In this document: positions 51,167-61,424 of the stretch, in pieces
Layout of the letters: each line of letters opens with the position of its first letter
Position numbering within the stretch: position 1 is the first letter of the stretch
Notes under the pieces: model-generated
Seen by the model: only the letters and a program-made list of their open reading frames with translations
Database searches by the model: none
What the model was told of the DNA's origin: nothing
Made by a program: the position numbers and the translations under genes
Assembly (NCBI GenBank): GCA_048940445.1
Contig: JBHLON010000001.1
Span: 147,454-211,453 of the forward strand
Source: Promethearchaeota archaeon
Lineage (GTDB): Archaea; Asgardarchaeota; Lokiarchaeia; Sigyniarchaeales; SOKP01
DNA length: 64,000 nucleotides
Direction of reading: 5' to 3'

Positions 51167-52711
51167 ATGGTGAAAAATAAATATTTATCAAACAGTTCCA
51201 TTATTCCAGTTCCTTTAAGATTGAAGGTGAAAAAAGGTTATTTTGTATTAGATTCTAAAACTAACATTTACTGTGATTTATCCTTCCAAAATTTAGGATA
51301 CTATTTAAGAGACTTGCTAAAACCTGCTACAGGTTTTGATTTATCAATAAAACTACTCACTGAAATGGAAACAAGAAAAAATTCTATAACGTTAAAACTG
51401 AATAATGGAAGCAAGCATATTCCAACGGAAGGATATAAGTTGATGGTAACTCCAGATAAAATTGAAATAGAATGTAGAAATTCAAAAGGCCTATTTTATG
51501 GTATTCAAACTTTACGCCAACTTTTTCCTTCTGAAATAGAATCTTCACAACAAGTAAGTATAGATTGGAATATACCATGCGTTATGATTGAGGATTCCCC
51601 TCGATTCTCATGGAGAGGATTTATGTTAGATGAAGCACGACACTTTTTCGGGAAACAAGAAGTAAAAAAAATCCTCGATATGATGGCTTTACTAAAATTT
51701 AACACATTTCATTGGCATTTAACTGACAATCAAGGATGGAGAATTGAGATTAAAAACTTTCCTCTGTTAATTGAAATCGGATCAAAAAGAAAATCAACTA
51801 GGTTGTTTCTAAATCGCAGAAAGTCAGACGGAAGACCATATATGGGTTACTACTCTCAAGAAGATTTGAGAGAAATAGTAGCTTATGCTAAGGAAAGGTA
51901 TATAAAGGTCATCCCTGAGATTGATATTCCTGGTCATATATCTGCTGCGCTGGCAGCTTATCCTGAGTTAGCTTGTAATCGAGCATCGTTTGAGGTTAGT
52001 ACTCAAATAGGAATCCTTCCTGAGGTCTTATGTGTAGGTAAAGAATCTGTATTCAATTTTATCGAGAGTATATTTAAAGAGATAATAGACATGTTTCCTT
52101 CGGACTTAATCCATATCGGTGGTGATGAAGTTTTAACAAAAAGATGGAAAGAATGTGAATTATGTCAGAAGAGATTGATAACAGAAAATTTGAATTCTGA
52201 GAGAGAATTACAAACTTATTTTTCTAATAGAATTTCAAAGTTTTTAGAGAACAATGGAAAACGTGTGATTATGTGGAACGATATATTAGATAATAATATA
52301 AAAGACTCAATAATTGGACAATATTGGATTGAAGATATTAACCAAGTTATAGAACAAATAAAAAATGACAGAAAGATGATAATGTCAGAGATGGAATCAG
52401 TTTATTTTGATCATGGATATAATAGAACCTCCCTTTCAAAAAGTTATAATTACGATCCCATTCCAAAGTTAGGTGGTATAAAATACGATAAAGATATTCT
52501 AGGGATTGAGGCTTGTCTTTGGACGGAATTAATTTTAAATGATAAAGATTTAGAATATAAATTATTTCCCAGATTAATAGCTATTTCAGAAAATGCTTGG
52601 AGCTTAAAACAAAATAAAGATTTCTTACCATTTGAAGCAAGATTAACTCAATTCAAAAAACGAATGGATTACTTAAATATAAGGTATGCTGAACAAGATG
52701 AATGGTTTTAA
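51167..52711 (+). CDS. beta-N-acetylhexosaminidase (GH20)
   Basis: PRFSWRGFMLDEARHF, HWHLTDNQGWR, PEIDIPGH, HIGGDE, LWTE. Confidence 0.95.
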   Translation: MVKNKYLSNSSIIPVPLRLKVKKGYFVLDSKTNIYCDLSFQNLGYYLRDLLKPATGFDLSIKLLTEMETRKNSITLKLNNGSKHIPTEGYKLMVTPDKIEIECRNSKGLFYGIQTLRQLFPSEIESSQQVSIDWNIPCVMIEDSPRFSWRGFMLDEARHFFGKQEVKKILDMMALLKFNTFHWHLTDNQGWRIEIKNFPLLIEIGSKRKSTRLFLNRRKSDGRPYMGYYSQEDLREIVAYAKERYIKVIPEIDIPGHISAALAAYPELACNRASFEVSTQIGILPEVLCVGKESVFNFIESIFKEIIDMFPSDLIHIGGDEVLTKRWKECELCQKRLITENLNSERELQTYFSNRISKFLENNGKRVIMWNDILDNNIKDSIIGQYWIEDINQVIEQIKNDRKMIMSEMESVYFDHGYNRTSLSKSYNYDPIPKLGGIKYDKDILGIEACLWTELILNDKDLEYKLFPRLIAISENAWSLKQNKDFLPFEARLTQFKKRMDYLNIRYAEQDEWF

Positions 52712-52762
52712 ATTCTTTATAGATAATTCTCAAAAAGCATTATATTACGTTTCTTATTTAAC

Positions 52763-53140
52763 TTAATTTTTAAAAGCTTTATAAGTCTTAATTTTAAAGC
52801 AATTACAACAGTAAAAAGGAATCCTTATATACCAATCAGAAAATTTGGGTATACTCAATGGAGCAATCCATATTTTCACAAACTCCTTTAAACTTAAACT
52901 GAATTCTCTTTTAGTATAATCATATGTATTGGAAAAATATAATTTATCTTTACAGTCTTTATTAAAGCAACGATGAGGGAAGTTATTTGTTAAAATTAGG
53001 TTTAATAAATTAAACAATTCTCTTTGCTTTTCTACTTGATCATAATCTAATTTAATTAATAATTCATGGAGACTGATATCTTTATTTATATAAGCATAGA
53101 ATAAATCTTCGCAATACCAATCATCATATCTAGAGGTAAT
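52763..53140 (-). CDS. Cys-rich hypothetical protein (CxxxxC...FYCCxC), apparent ATT start
   Basis: Frame open 41 codons upstream of the track's TTG, to AAGTGA-tctaaa-ATT. Confidence 0.6.
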   Translation of the reverse strand: MTSRYDDWYCEDLFYAYINKDISLHELLIKLDYDQVEKQRELFNLLNLILTNNFPHRCFNKDCKDKLYFSNTYDYTKREFSLSLKEFVKIWIAPLSIPKFSDWYIRIPFYCCNCFKIKTYKAFKN

Positions 53141-53384
53141 TTTAGATCACTTAATCATTGAATATCTTTTCTTCTTTTTAATTTTATTCTGGAACAAAGT
53201 ATTTAATTAACATATTCCAAATTAAGTTTATTAAAAAAATAATCGTTTTTATGCTTCTTTATGCTATTTAAATTTCCTATTTTTTTCGTTAATTATATTA
53301 TATTCCATTAAGTATAAATAGAAAAAAGAGATTATTAAATGGAAGAGTGTTTTAAGATTAGAATTAAAGAGAACAGGATATGCT

Positions 53385-53585
53385 ATGAGTTCCAATTTTA
53401 AAATTAAGATTACAATGTTAATTCTTTTTTTAATCTATGCTAGTTGCACTGCTTTTATGGTAAGAATAGAGTTAATTCCATTAAATATGGTCATTCTTGA
53501 GACTTTAGAAACTTTTGTTATTTTTATAATTATAATTATTTTTTTTCATAAAATTGAATCTATGAATGAAAGAAAGAGAAAATAA
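53385..53585 (+). CDS. small two-TM membrane protein
   Basis: Two hydrophobic segments, basic tail. Confidence 0.5.
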   Translation: MSSNFKIKITMLILFLIYASCTAFMVRIELIPLNMVILETLETFVIFIIIIIFFHKIESMNERKRK

Positions 53586-53636
53586 AGGAAGATTTTTCTA
53601 TATTTAAGCACAGTAGTATATAAGAAGATTTTAATC

Positions 53637-54326
53637 ATGAATCCAAAAAAGCTTGTAAATAACAAGAAATTAAAACCAAAATTGCAAGTAGCTCTAGATC
53701 TCGAAATTTTGGAAGACGCTTTAGATCTAGCTAACAAGGTTGCTCCTTTTGTAGACATTTTGGAAGCAGGAACTCCCTTAGTTAAATCTGAGGGAATCCG
53801 AGCCATTAAAGAATTAAAAAAGGCACATCCTGATAAATTAGTATGTGCTGACTTAAAAACCGCTGATGCAGGTTATCTTGAAGTAAAGATGGCTGCTAAG
53901 GCAAATGCAGATATTGTCACTATCCTTGCTGATGCGTATAATATTACAATTGAAGAATCTTTACGTGCAGCAAATGAATTCAATGTTGAAATCATGGCAG
54001 ATTTAATTGTATCTCGATCACCTACTATAAGATTAGCAGAAATCGTAAATCTTCATTATAAAGACACATCATTACATTATGTCGCAGTACATAGCGGTCT
54101 TGATCGTCAAGCATCTCGACAGCCTCCATTTTTTGAAGTAGAATCTGTAGGTCGTATCCGTGATCATCCAAAGTTAGCAGTAGCTGGAGGGATTCAGGTT
54201 ACTGATATTCCAAAGTTAGTATCATATCCTATAACTATCATTATTGTAGGTGGAGCAATAACCCATTCAGAGAATCCCAGTAGAGTTGCTGAACAGATTC
54301 AAAATGCAATTAATAAACATGCTTAA
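53637..54326 (+). CDS. hxlA: 3-hexulose-6-phosphate synthase (OMPDC/HUMPS family)
   Basis: LQVALD, ILEAGTPL, ADLKTADAG, HSGLDRQ, AVAGGI, IVGGAIT. Confidence 0.88.
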   Translation: MNPKKLVNNKKLKPKLQVALDLEILEDALDLANKVAPFVDILEAGTPLVKSEGIRAIKELKKAHPDKLVCADLKTADAGYLEVKMAAKANADIVTILADAYNITIEESLRAANEFNVEIMADLIVSRSPTIRLAEIVNLHYKDTSLHYVAVHSGLDRQASRQPPFFEVESVGRIRDHPKLAVAGGIQVTDIPKLVSYPITIIIVGGAITHSENPSRVAEQIQNAINKHA

Positions 54327-54434
54327 ATTTTTAAAATCAGTCTTAACAGCTAAAAATAAATTTAAATATAGTAAGATACATAATTAAAATTGTAAACAAT
54401 TTTACTTCAAATTATATAAAAGGAAGTGAAGTAA

Positions 54435-54602
54435 ATAAAAATAAAAGTATGTTTCAAATGTCATGAATATGTAAATATTCATGAAACGAAGTATAACAAT
54501 ATAGAACAGTTAAAAATCTTTGATTCTAAGCATTCTGGGCATCCAGTTCAGATTGTAAATGAAGAAGAAATAAATAAAGAGCAATGGAAAAAAATTTCAT
54601 AA
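54435..54602 (+). CDS. 55-aa zinc-finger protein (CxxC...HxxH), apparent ATA start
   Basis: (I)KIKVCFKCHEYV...FDSKHSGHPVQIV; in-frame TAA immediately precedes ATA; GGAAGTGA 5 nt upstream; T-run downstream. Confidence 0.7.
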   Translation: MKIKVCFKCHEYVNIHETKYNNIEQLKIFDSKHSGHPVQIVNEEEINKEQWKKIS

Positions 54603-54799
54603 TTGTTAATCTTTTACTTTTTTTTATGAAATTATTCTAACTATCAGTCTTAATTTCAGCTTCATGTGTCATCTTTTTCATATTTCAATAATAGGTCTCA
54701 CAAAGATTTATATATACGATTCTTCATAATATTAATAGAATTAAGAATATTAATAGTATTGAAATTATCAATTAGCTTTTTTGTAGGGTGTAGGTATCT

Positions 54800-55021
54800 A
54801 TGGTTTTAACAGATATAGATTATTCGAAAAGGTTTTTGGAAGCACTGAGACATTTACAACACACTTACAAAAAGTTCCCTAAGTTTATGATCGAAATTAT
54901 TGCTGAAGATTATGGAATTCCACCAAGAGAAATTAAGGAATTGATTTATTTTTATGTAAAGAATGGGATGCTTAAAATCATAAAAAATGAGGGTTATTAT
55001 TATCAATTAAGTATTAGTTAA
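54800..55021 (+). CDS. small winged-helix-like protein
   Basis: IEIIAEDYGIPPREIKELI...NGMLKI...GYYYQL. Confidence 0.65.
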   Translation: MVLTDIDYSKRFLEALRHLQHTYKKFPKFMIEIIAEDYGIPPREIKELIYFYVKNGMLKIIKNEGYYYQLSIS

Positions 55022-55982
55022 TGTTAAACACTTCGAAAGCTTTTTCGGATTTATACGTAAATCCCTCATCAAAAAGAAATTTTTCTATTTCAATCATATG
55101 GGTTGCTCCATAAAAAACCATTATTTCGTTATTATTCTCAATTAAGTTCAAGAGAGAATCTTCAATAAGGGTATTTCTTGTTTTTAATAAAATTGTAGGA
55201 TTTGAACTTTCAAACTTTTCATAATCTTGAGTCATAATATTAATAAGCCTTACAGCTAGTTCCCTCCTTCTTTGTGCAATTTCTGTAATTCGTTCAATTT
55301 GTAATAATTCTAAAATTGATAACATAACTATTTGCATTTCTTTTTGTAATTCTACAAGTTGTTCAGGGGTTGGGGATGTTAATAATTCTCTCAAAAATTC
55401 AGACATATCAACTTGCTCATTCAATTCACCTAAATTAAGATCAGCAAGTATCCAGTTTGAACGAAGCATTATGTCATTTTTATAATCTAAAGCAATGAAT
55501 TGATGAATTAAATTTACTAATTCACACCAATAAAGTTGCATCAATACTAAATTAGGAAGACTGAATTTGGTTCTCTCACTTAGATCATAGATTCTTTTTA
55601 TTTTTTCATTTGAATGTTTGAGCTCTTTTTTCAGAAGATTCTGTAATTTCTTAAGCTTCTCAGTCATAAACTTTTTATAGAATTTTTTGATAAGCCTTTT
55701 ATATTCTTGCCAAATTTTATCGCATCTGAGAGTATAAAGTTCAACATAATCATCTGTATTCCTTATCCCATAAAATATATTGTCACTATCTGTATTTAAA
55801 TTCAGATTTTCAAAAATACAGGGTACATTTCCCACATATGCTACTAAATTATGAAAGTATTCTTTAGTTCCTAAATGGCACACTGGTATTAAATGGATTT
55901 TTTGGTTTAAATTATTTTCGTACACCCTACAATGTGAAAAAAGTGAAGTCCCATTGAAGGAAAGAAATTCTGAAATTCCCAT
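55014..55982 (-). CDS. TraB/GumN-like protein
   Basis: IHLIPVCHLG..EYF, FE, RN, VFYGATHM. Confidence 0.6.
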   Translation of the reverse strand: MGISEFLSFNGTSLFSHCRVYENNLNQKIHLIPVCHLGTKEYFHNLVAYVGNVPCIFENLNLNTDSDNIFYGIRNTDDYVELYTLRCDKIWQEYKRLIKKFYKKFMTEKLKKLQNLLKKELKHSNEKIKRIYDLSERTKFSLPNLVLMQLYWCELVNLIHQFIALDYKNDIMLRSNWILADLNLGELNEQVDMSEFLRELLTSPTPEQLVELQKEMQIVMLSILELLQIERITEIAQRRRELAVRLINIMTQDYEKFESSNPTILLKTRNTLIEDSLLNLIENNNEIMVFYGATHMIEIEKFLFDEGFTYKSEKAFEVFNIN

Positions 55983-56272
55983 ATATTAATTCTTTTTTAT
56001 TTCTTTGTAGAAAATAAGTAAAAAAGCCTATTAATAAATATTGATATTTTAATACTTTCTAATTGTTTTTATTGACAAATAACATAATTTTTATGTTTCT
56101 CCTTTTTTGAAAATTTGCCGTTACTAATAGAAAAAAGTGATAAACTAATAATTGCTCCCAGTACAAAATGTGCAATTGATGGAATTCCCAAAGATTAATT
56201 ATTTGCATATAATTTAATTCCATTTTCTCTTTTTTTTCTTTTGAGAAAATCATCATAATGAGTGAATAAAAA

Positions 56273-57166
56273 CTATTTTTTTTTGTTTCTCTTCTTTTCT
56301 AATTGGATGATTAAATTTATAAAATCTAAATTAAATTGATTTTCTTCCGTAAAGAATTGTTTGATGAAAAGAAAATTTGTAATTATGCTTGTCAAAAATG
56401 ATGTAGTTAATAGCATCATAAATACAACGATTTGATAGACCGCAGCTTCAATTGGCGATGCTCCACCTATTATCATACCAGACATTAATCCAGGGATGGT
56501 AACTATACCTAATACAGCAACACGGTTGATGGTTGGTACTAAACTTGCTCTAAAAGAATCACGTATGATACTTCTTATTGCTTTTCTATATCCAGCTCCA
56601 AGTGCTAGAGCAGCCTCGATATTTCCTCTTGTTTTTAATATATCTGATTTCAACCGCTCAAGAGCGATACCCGATTCACGCATGGCAAAAAAAATAGTCA
56701 TACTACCTACAGGTATTATATAACTACCTAACGATAGTCCACCAGATATATTTGCTTGGTAAATTATTCCATCAAAATTTGGAATCTCCTTCGAAAAAAT
56801 AGCAAAGGTGAGGATTGCTATACTACTTACCGTTATCGCAAAAAGATTTATTTTAAATATATTTGGATAAGGATAAGAACGCCAATTAGTAAATGCTGCA
56901 AAGAAACACATAAACAATAGAAATATATATAATAACCATAGTTGATTAATTCCGAAAATGAGTAATAAAACGGAACCTAGCAATATTATCTGAACCAACC
57001 CCCTTAAAAAGCTCCAAACAATTTTAGTTTCTAACTTTGTTTTCTGCCAATACGCTAATCCTACTAAAATAACTATTAGTATGCTAGCTATTGCTAATCG
57101 AATCCAGATATTTGGATCAGCTAATGTGGAAATGATATCTTCAAGAAAATTTGATTGATTAAACAT
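56273..57166 (-). CDS. ABC permease, FetB/YbbM (UPF0014) family
   Basis: RGLVQIILLG, IEAALALGA, GIVTIPGLMSGMIIGGASPIEAAVYQ. Confidence 0.9.
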   Translation of the reverse strand: MFNQSNFLEDIISTLADPNIWIRLAIASILIVILVGLAYWQKTKLETKIVWSFLRGLVQIILLGSVLLLIFGINQLWLLYIFLLFMCFFAAFTNWRSYPYPNIFKINLFAITVSSIAILTFAIFSKEIPNFDGIIYQANISGGLSLGSYIIPVGSMTIFFAMRESGIALERLKSDILKTRGNIEAALALGAGYRKAIRSIIRDSFRASLVPTINRVAVLGIVTIPGLMSGMIIGGASPIEAAVYQIVVFMMLLTTSFLTSIITNFLFIKQFFTEENQFNLDFINLIIQLEKKRNKKK

Positions 57167-57168
57167 TT

Positions 57169-57918
57169 TTAATCCTCCTCCAACTCCTTTTTAAAAAAAG
57201 ATCGAATCTCTTCTTCATTATAAAGAGAAAAAAAGTCGTTTGTAGTCATTTTTTCTTTTAATTCTCCATCTCGCATAAATATGATTATATCTGTTAATCG
57301 TTTTGTTTGCTCCAATGAATGGGTTACAATTATAACCTTAATTCCATCATATGCCAACCTTTTTAATGTTTTCTCAATGATTTCTTCAGAATTGATGTCC
57401 AAGGAACTTGTAGGCTCATCTAACAATAAAACCTTGGGATTATTTGCAAGACTACGTGCTAAACTCACTCTCTGTTGTTCACCACCAGAAAGTCCATCAA
57501 CATCCCTATCTAGAAACTTCTGCTCAAGAGCTACTTTTTCAAGTAATGTTATCAACTCTTTATCGCTATACTTAATATTCCATATTTCAGGACCGTAAAG
57601 AAGATTGTCTCTTACTGAACCAGGAAATAAATATGGGCGTTGTTGAACCAAACCTACTTCTTTTCGAATTTGACGAGAAGGTAAATCATTCATATTTTGA
57701 TGATTATATAGTATGATTCCCTTCGACGGAGATAATAATTTATTTAATAGTCGTAAGAAAGTACTTTTTCCTGCCCCAGATGGACCAATTATCCCTGTTA
57801 TATCACTTGAACTAATCCTAACGGTAATATCTTTTAAGAGAATTTTATCTGCTATTTGGAATGAAACGTTATTCATTGAAAAGATTTCTGCCTTAGTATG
57901 ATTTTTACCAGTAATCAT
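57169..57918 (-). CDS. ABC ATPase, FetA-like
   Basis: GPSGAGKS, LSGGEQQR, LLLDEPT, VTH. Confidence 0.93.
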   Translation of the reverse strand: MITGKNHTKAEIFSMNNVSFQIADKILLKDITVRISSSDITGIIGPSGAGKSTFLRLLNKLLSPSKGIILYNHQNMNDLPSRQIRKEVGLVQQRPYLFPGSVRDNLLYGPEIWNIKYSDKELITLLEKVALEQKFLDRDVDGLSGGEQQRVSLARSLANNPKVLLLDEPTSSLDINSEEIIEKTLKRLAYDGIKVIIVTHSLEQTKRLTDIIIFMRDGELKEKMTTNDFFSLYNEEEIRSFFKKELEED

Positions 57919-58265
57919 AACACATTCTGAGAAGGATGAAAAATTATTAATTTTTCTTATTTCAGCTAATCAAGTTGTTTTAATATTGTTGTTTTGTATT
58001 TGTTATTTTATCTGTTTATAATGATATATGATTTCTCAATTCCTTAGACATGTTCAATGACTTTTTTTATGATTTAGAATTATTTCAAAAACTTGAAAGC
58101 ATTAACTATTTACTTTACTATGAGAAGAAGAAGTTCCTTAATTATATGATATTTGTTTTGTGAAAGGTACTTTACCATAGGATATAAACATAAATTAGAT
58201 TTTTAATTTATAAAATTAGAAAAAAAAAATTAATTATAATTTTTAAGACCCTTTTTATCATTGAT

Positions 58266-59492
58266 CTAGCTTATTAAACTAGCCTCCATAATGACTTTAC
58301 CAATGTTAAACTTCTCACTTAATAGAAATTTCTTAAATTTTGAAATTTCTCGTTTAGTGATCATGAGCGAATGATATACACCTGCATTTTGCATTGTATT
58401 AATAAGAATATAACCGTTGATGGTTGAGTTTTTAAGATACATCTTTTTATAAACATTATCTTCAAAAAATTTCAATTCTTCTCCTTCATATTCTCCATCT
58501 GAAATAATTGGTACTCCAAACACCTTAATAAGCGTTTGAATAGAAGAACCCTCATATTTAATCTTTTTTCCAATCATATTATAACCTGCAATTGTTCCTT
58601 GAATTAATGCATTAGACCAAAGTAAAATAGATTCTCGATTTCCAGTCAAAATATTCATAGATTCGACTATATCTCCGGCAGCGAAAATGTCAGGTATATT
58701 TGTCTCTAGGTATTCATTTATAATTACCCCTAAATTTGTTTTAATTCCACTATCCCTTAGAAGCTCTAAATTTGGTTTAATCCCTGTAGCAATTATCACC
58801 ATATCAGCATCTAAAACAGTCCCATTAGTAAGTTTGACGCTTTTGACTTGCTTTTTCCCTAAAATTTTATCAACATTACTTCCTAATAAAAGGTCGATAT
58901 CATTGTTCTCAAGAATATTTTTCACTATAATTCCCATCTCTTTATCAAGCATACGAGGTAAGACTCTATCTAAGGCTTCTATAATTGTAACATCCATATT
59001 TTTTTTTTTCAAACCCTCGGCTGCATCGAGACCTACGAAACCTGCCCCAAGTATAACAGCTTTCTCAATTTTATGTGTCTTAATCCAATTGTAAATATTA
59101 TCAGTTTCGTTCAGGGTCTTGAATGTAAAAATACCGTGCTTATCAAGCCCTTTTATTGGAGGGATGTAAACATCTCCACCCGCAGCAATGAGAAGCTTAT
59201 CATATTCAATTGATTCCGAATCAAATATAACTTTTTTGGATTCGGGCTGAATCTTCTTTACTTCTTTGCCTAATATTGGGGTAATATTCATTTGATTGAA
59301 GAATTCCTTTCCTTTCCAGAAAATTGTGTCTCGTTGTTCTTCTTCCAAGATATACTGACAAAGAAGGCAAGCGGAATATGGGGGATTATCTTCTTTTGAA
59401 ATCATAATGATTTCTGATTCTTGGTCATACTCTCTTATCGCTTCTGCACTACTTACAGCAGCTCCACCAGTACCGATTATTACAAATTTCAT
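58266..59492 (-). CDS. FAD-dependent NAD(P) oxidoreductase (FNOR, NirB/CoA-disulfide reductase-like)
   Basis: IIGTGGAA, YDKLLIAAG, LGAGFVG, ATGIKPN, IFAAGD. Confidence 0.92.
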   Translation of the reverse strand: MKFVIIGTGGAAVSSAEAIREYDQESEIIMISKEDNPPYSACLLCQYILEEEQRDTIFWKGKEFFNQMNITPILGKEVKKIQPESKKVIFDSESIEYDKLLIAAGGDVYIPPIKGLDKHGIFTFKTLNETDNIYNWIKTHKIEKAVILGAGFVGLDAAEGLKKKNMDVTIIEALDRVLPRMLDKEMGIIVKNILENNDIDLLLGSNVDKILGKKQVKSVKLTNGTVLDADMVIIATGIKPNLELLRDSGIKTNLGVIINEYLETNIPDIFAAGDIVESMNILTGNRESILLWSNALIQGTIAGYNMIGKKIKYEGSSIQTLIKVFGVPIISDGEYEGEELKFFEDNVYKKMYLKNSTINGYILINTMQNAGVYHSLMITKREISKFKKFLLSEKFNIGKVIMEASLIS

Positions 59493-59540
59493 TTTCCTTT
59501 ACACCTTCATTTCCATTATTTTTTTAGAAAACAACTCTAT

Positions 59541-61424
59541 TTATGGTTCTTTTAATCCAAGAGCTATTCGTTTTTGTTCAATATGATTGATTATTAATTC
59601 TGCTTCCTTTTCTGGGTCTGGCTCGACAGCAAAAGTAGCTCCTACAACATTTTTTAATCCTTGGGTAAGAAGTTCTGTTACTCCTTTGCTTCCTAATACA
59701 GGAGGAATAGTACCGAGAACTGTAAATATACCCGAAGCAACAACATATGCTCCAATACTTACAGCTTTTTCAGACATCCATTCTGGTGCTGCCCCAGCAA
59801 CTGGTAAATCGCTAATATCTACCTTTAACACATTTGCAATAGCAGCAGCAACATTCATAATTCTACTTATATCTACACAGGATCCCATGTGTAAAACAGG
59901 AGGAATACCAAGACTCTTTACAACCTCCCTTAAACCATCACCAGCTTGATCCGCTGCTTCTGGAACTAATAAACCTGCTTTAGCATTTGCTATTGCGGCA
60001 CAACCAGTCTGAACAACTAAAATATTCTTTTCAATTAATCGCTTTGTCAAAGTAACATGGTTGAAATCATGTTTAATTTTAGGATTGTTACATCCAACTA
60101 TAGCAGCTATTCCGCGAATCTTTCCTGCTACTATTGCATCAATTAAAGGTTGTACTGAACCACCAAGAGCTTCAAGTATTGCCTCAGTAGAAAATCCAGC
60201 CATCATTTTAACAGAATTCTTTGGAATTTTTACAAGATTAGGATTTCTGTTTTCATAAGCTTCAATAGCTTCTTTTACAATCTTTGTTCCAATATCATAA
60301 GCATGCTCAGGATCGAATTCAATGTGAAGTGCTCCAGGAATCTTAGCTTTTGGAGAGGTGGTAATTATTTTTGAATGATAACAATTAGCAATTGATGGTA
60401 ATGAAGGCATAAGACATTGATAATCCACAACCATAGCATCTACAGCTCCAGAAACAAGTGCTAGTTCTTGTACGAGGAAGTTACCAGCAACTGGAATTCC
60501 TTTCCTCATCAATAACTCATTTGAAGTACAACAAATACCAGCAATATTTATCCCATTAGCTCCCTTTTGTTTTGCTAATTCAACCATTTTGGGATCTCTA
60601 ACAGCATCTACAATTACTTCGGATAAAACAGGATTATGACCATGCACTATAATATTGACGTGATCTTCCTTTAATACACCGAGACTTGCCATGCTTCCTT
60701 TAGGTTTTGGTGTCCCCCATAAAATATCACTGAATTCTGTAGCTAACATCGATCCACCCCAACCATCACTAAGAGAGGCTCTTAAACCATGTAATAATAG
60801 ACTTGTTATTTCTGCACCAACCCCCATATGAGTCCGATGCATTATCTCAACAATTTCTCTATCAACACCTCGTGGCCAAATTCCAAGATTTTTCCATAAC
60901 TCCTTTCTTTTCTCTGGTACTCGTTCTGCAAATTGTATAGTATTTCTTTTCATCCCAAATTCTTCCATTGCTTTTTCTGCTAACTCTTTAGCAATTTCTT
61001 CTTTAGATCTTTCGTCTGTAATTATTTTATATTCTTGAGCAATTCGTTTCAATTTTTCCTCATCAGTTATTTGATATCCTTGTGTCTTACCCTCGGCTGT
61101 TAAATGAAGAACTTCAATTATATCTCTTCCATGATCAGAATGAGCTGCTGCTCCCGAAGCAATCATCCTTGCAAGGTTTCTAGCAACTATAGTATCAGCA
61201 TCAGCACCACATACTCCTTTCATTGGTTCATTTCCAAAAGGATCAATTCTACAAGGACCCATTGCACAATTTCTACAACAAATACCGAGTAGTCCATAAC
61301 CACATTGCGGTTCTTGTAATTCATATCTATCCCAAGCTGTAGTAATATGCTCATCAGCTGCTTTCTCTAACATTTCTTGGGCAGCTGTATCTATTGTTCT
61401 TTCTAAAATAATTTCTCTTTTCAT
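59541..61424 (-). CDS. cooS: anaerobic Ni-Fe carbon monoxide dehydrogenase catalytic subunit
   Basis: CGYG, CCRNCAMGPC, VCGA, HSDH, HGHNP, ICCT, DYQC, VGCNN, TGC, GSCVD, WMSEKA; ATG overlaps the cooF stop (ATGA). Confidence 0.96.
   Translation of the reverse strand: MKREIILERTIDTAAQEMLEKAADEHITTAWDRYELQEPQCGYGLLGICCRNCAMGPCRIDPFGNEPMKGVCGADADTIVARNLARMIASGAAAHSDHGRDIIEVLHLTAEGKTQGYQITDEEKLKRIAQEYKIITDERSKEEIAKELAEKAMEEFGMKRNTIQFAERVPEKRKELWKNLGIWPRGVDREIVEIMHRTHMGVGAEITSLLLHGLRASLSDGWGGSMLATEFSDILWGTPKPKGSMASLGVLKEDHVNIIVHGHNPVLSEVIVDAVRDPKMVELAKQKGANGINIAGICCTSNELLMRKGIPVAGNFLVQELALVSGAVDAMVVDYQCLMPSLPSIANCYHSKIITTSPKAKIPGALHIEFDPEHAYDIGTKIVKEAIEAYENRNPNLVKIPKNSVKMMAGFSTEAILEALGGSVQPLIDAIVAGKIRGIAAIVGCNNPKIKHDFNHVTLTKRLIEKNILVVQTGCAAIANAKAGLLVPEAADQAGDGLREVVKSLGIPPVLHMGSCVDISRIMNVAAAIANVLKVDISDLPVAGAAPEWMSEKAVSIGAYVVASGIFTVLGTIPPVLGSKGVTELLTQGLKNVVGATFAVEPDPEKEAELIINHIEQKRIALGLKEP

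Noticed and set aside
56059-56256. 65-aa minus-strand ORF downstream of the ABC permease
   Set aside because: Low complexity, no motif; possibly a remnant or spurious
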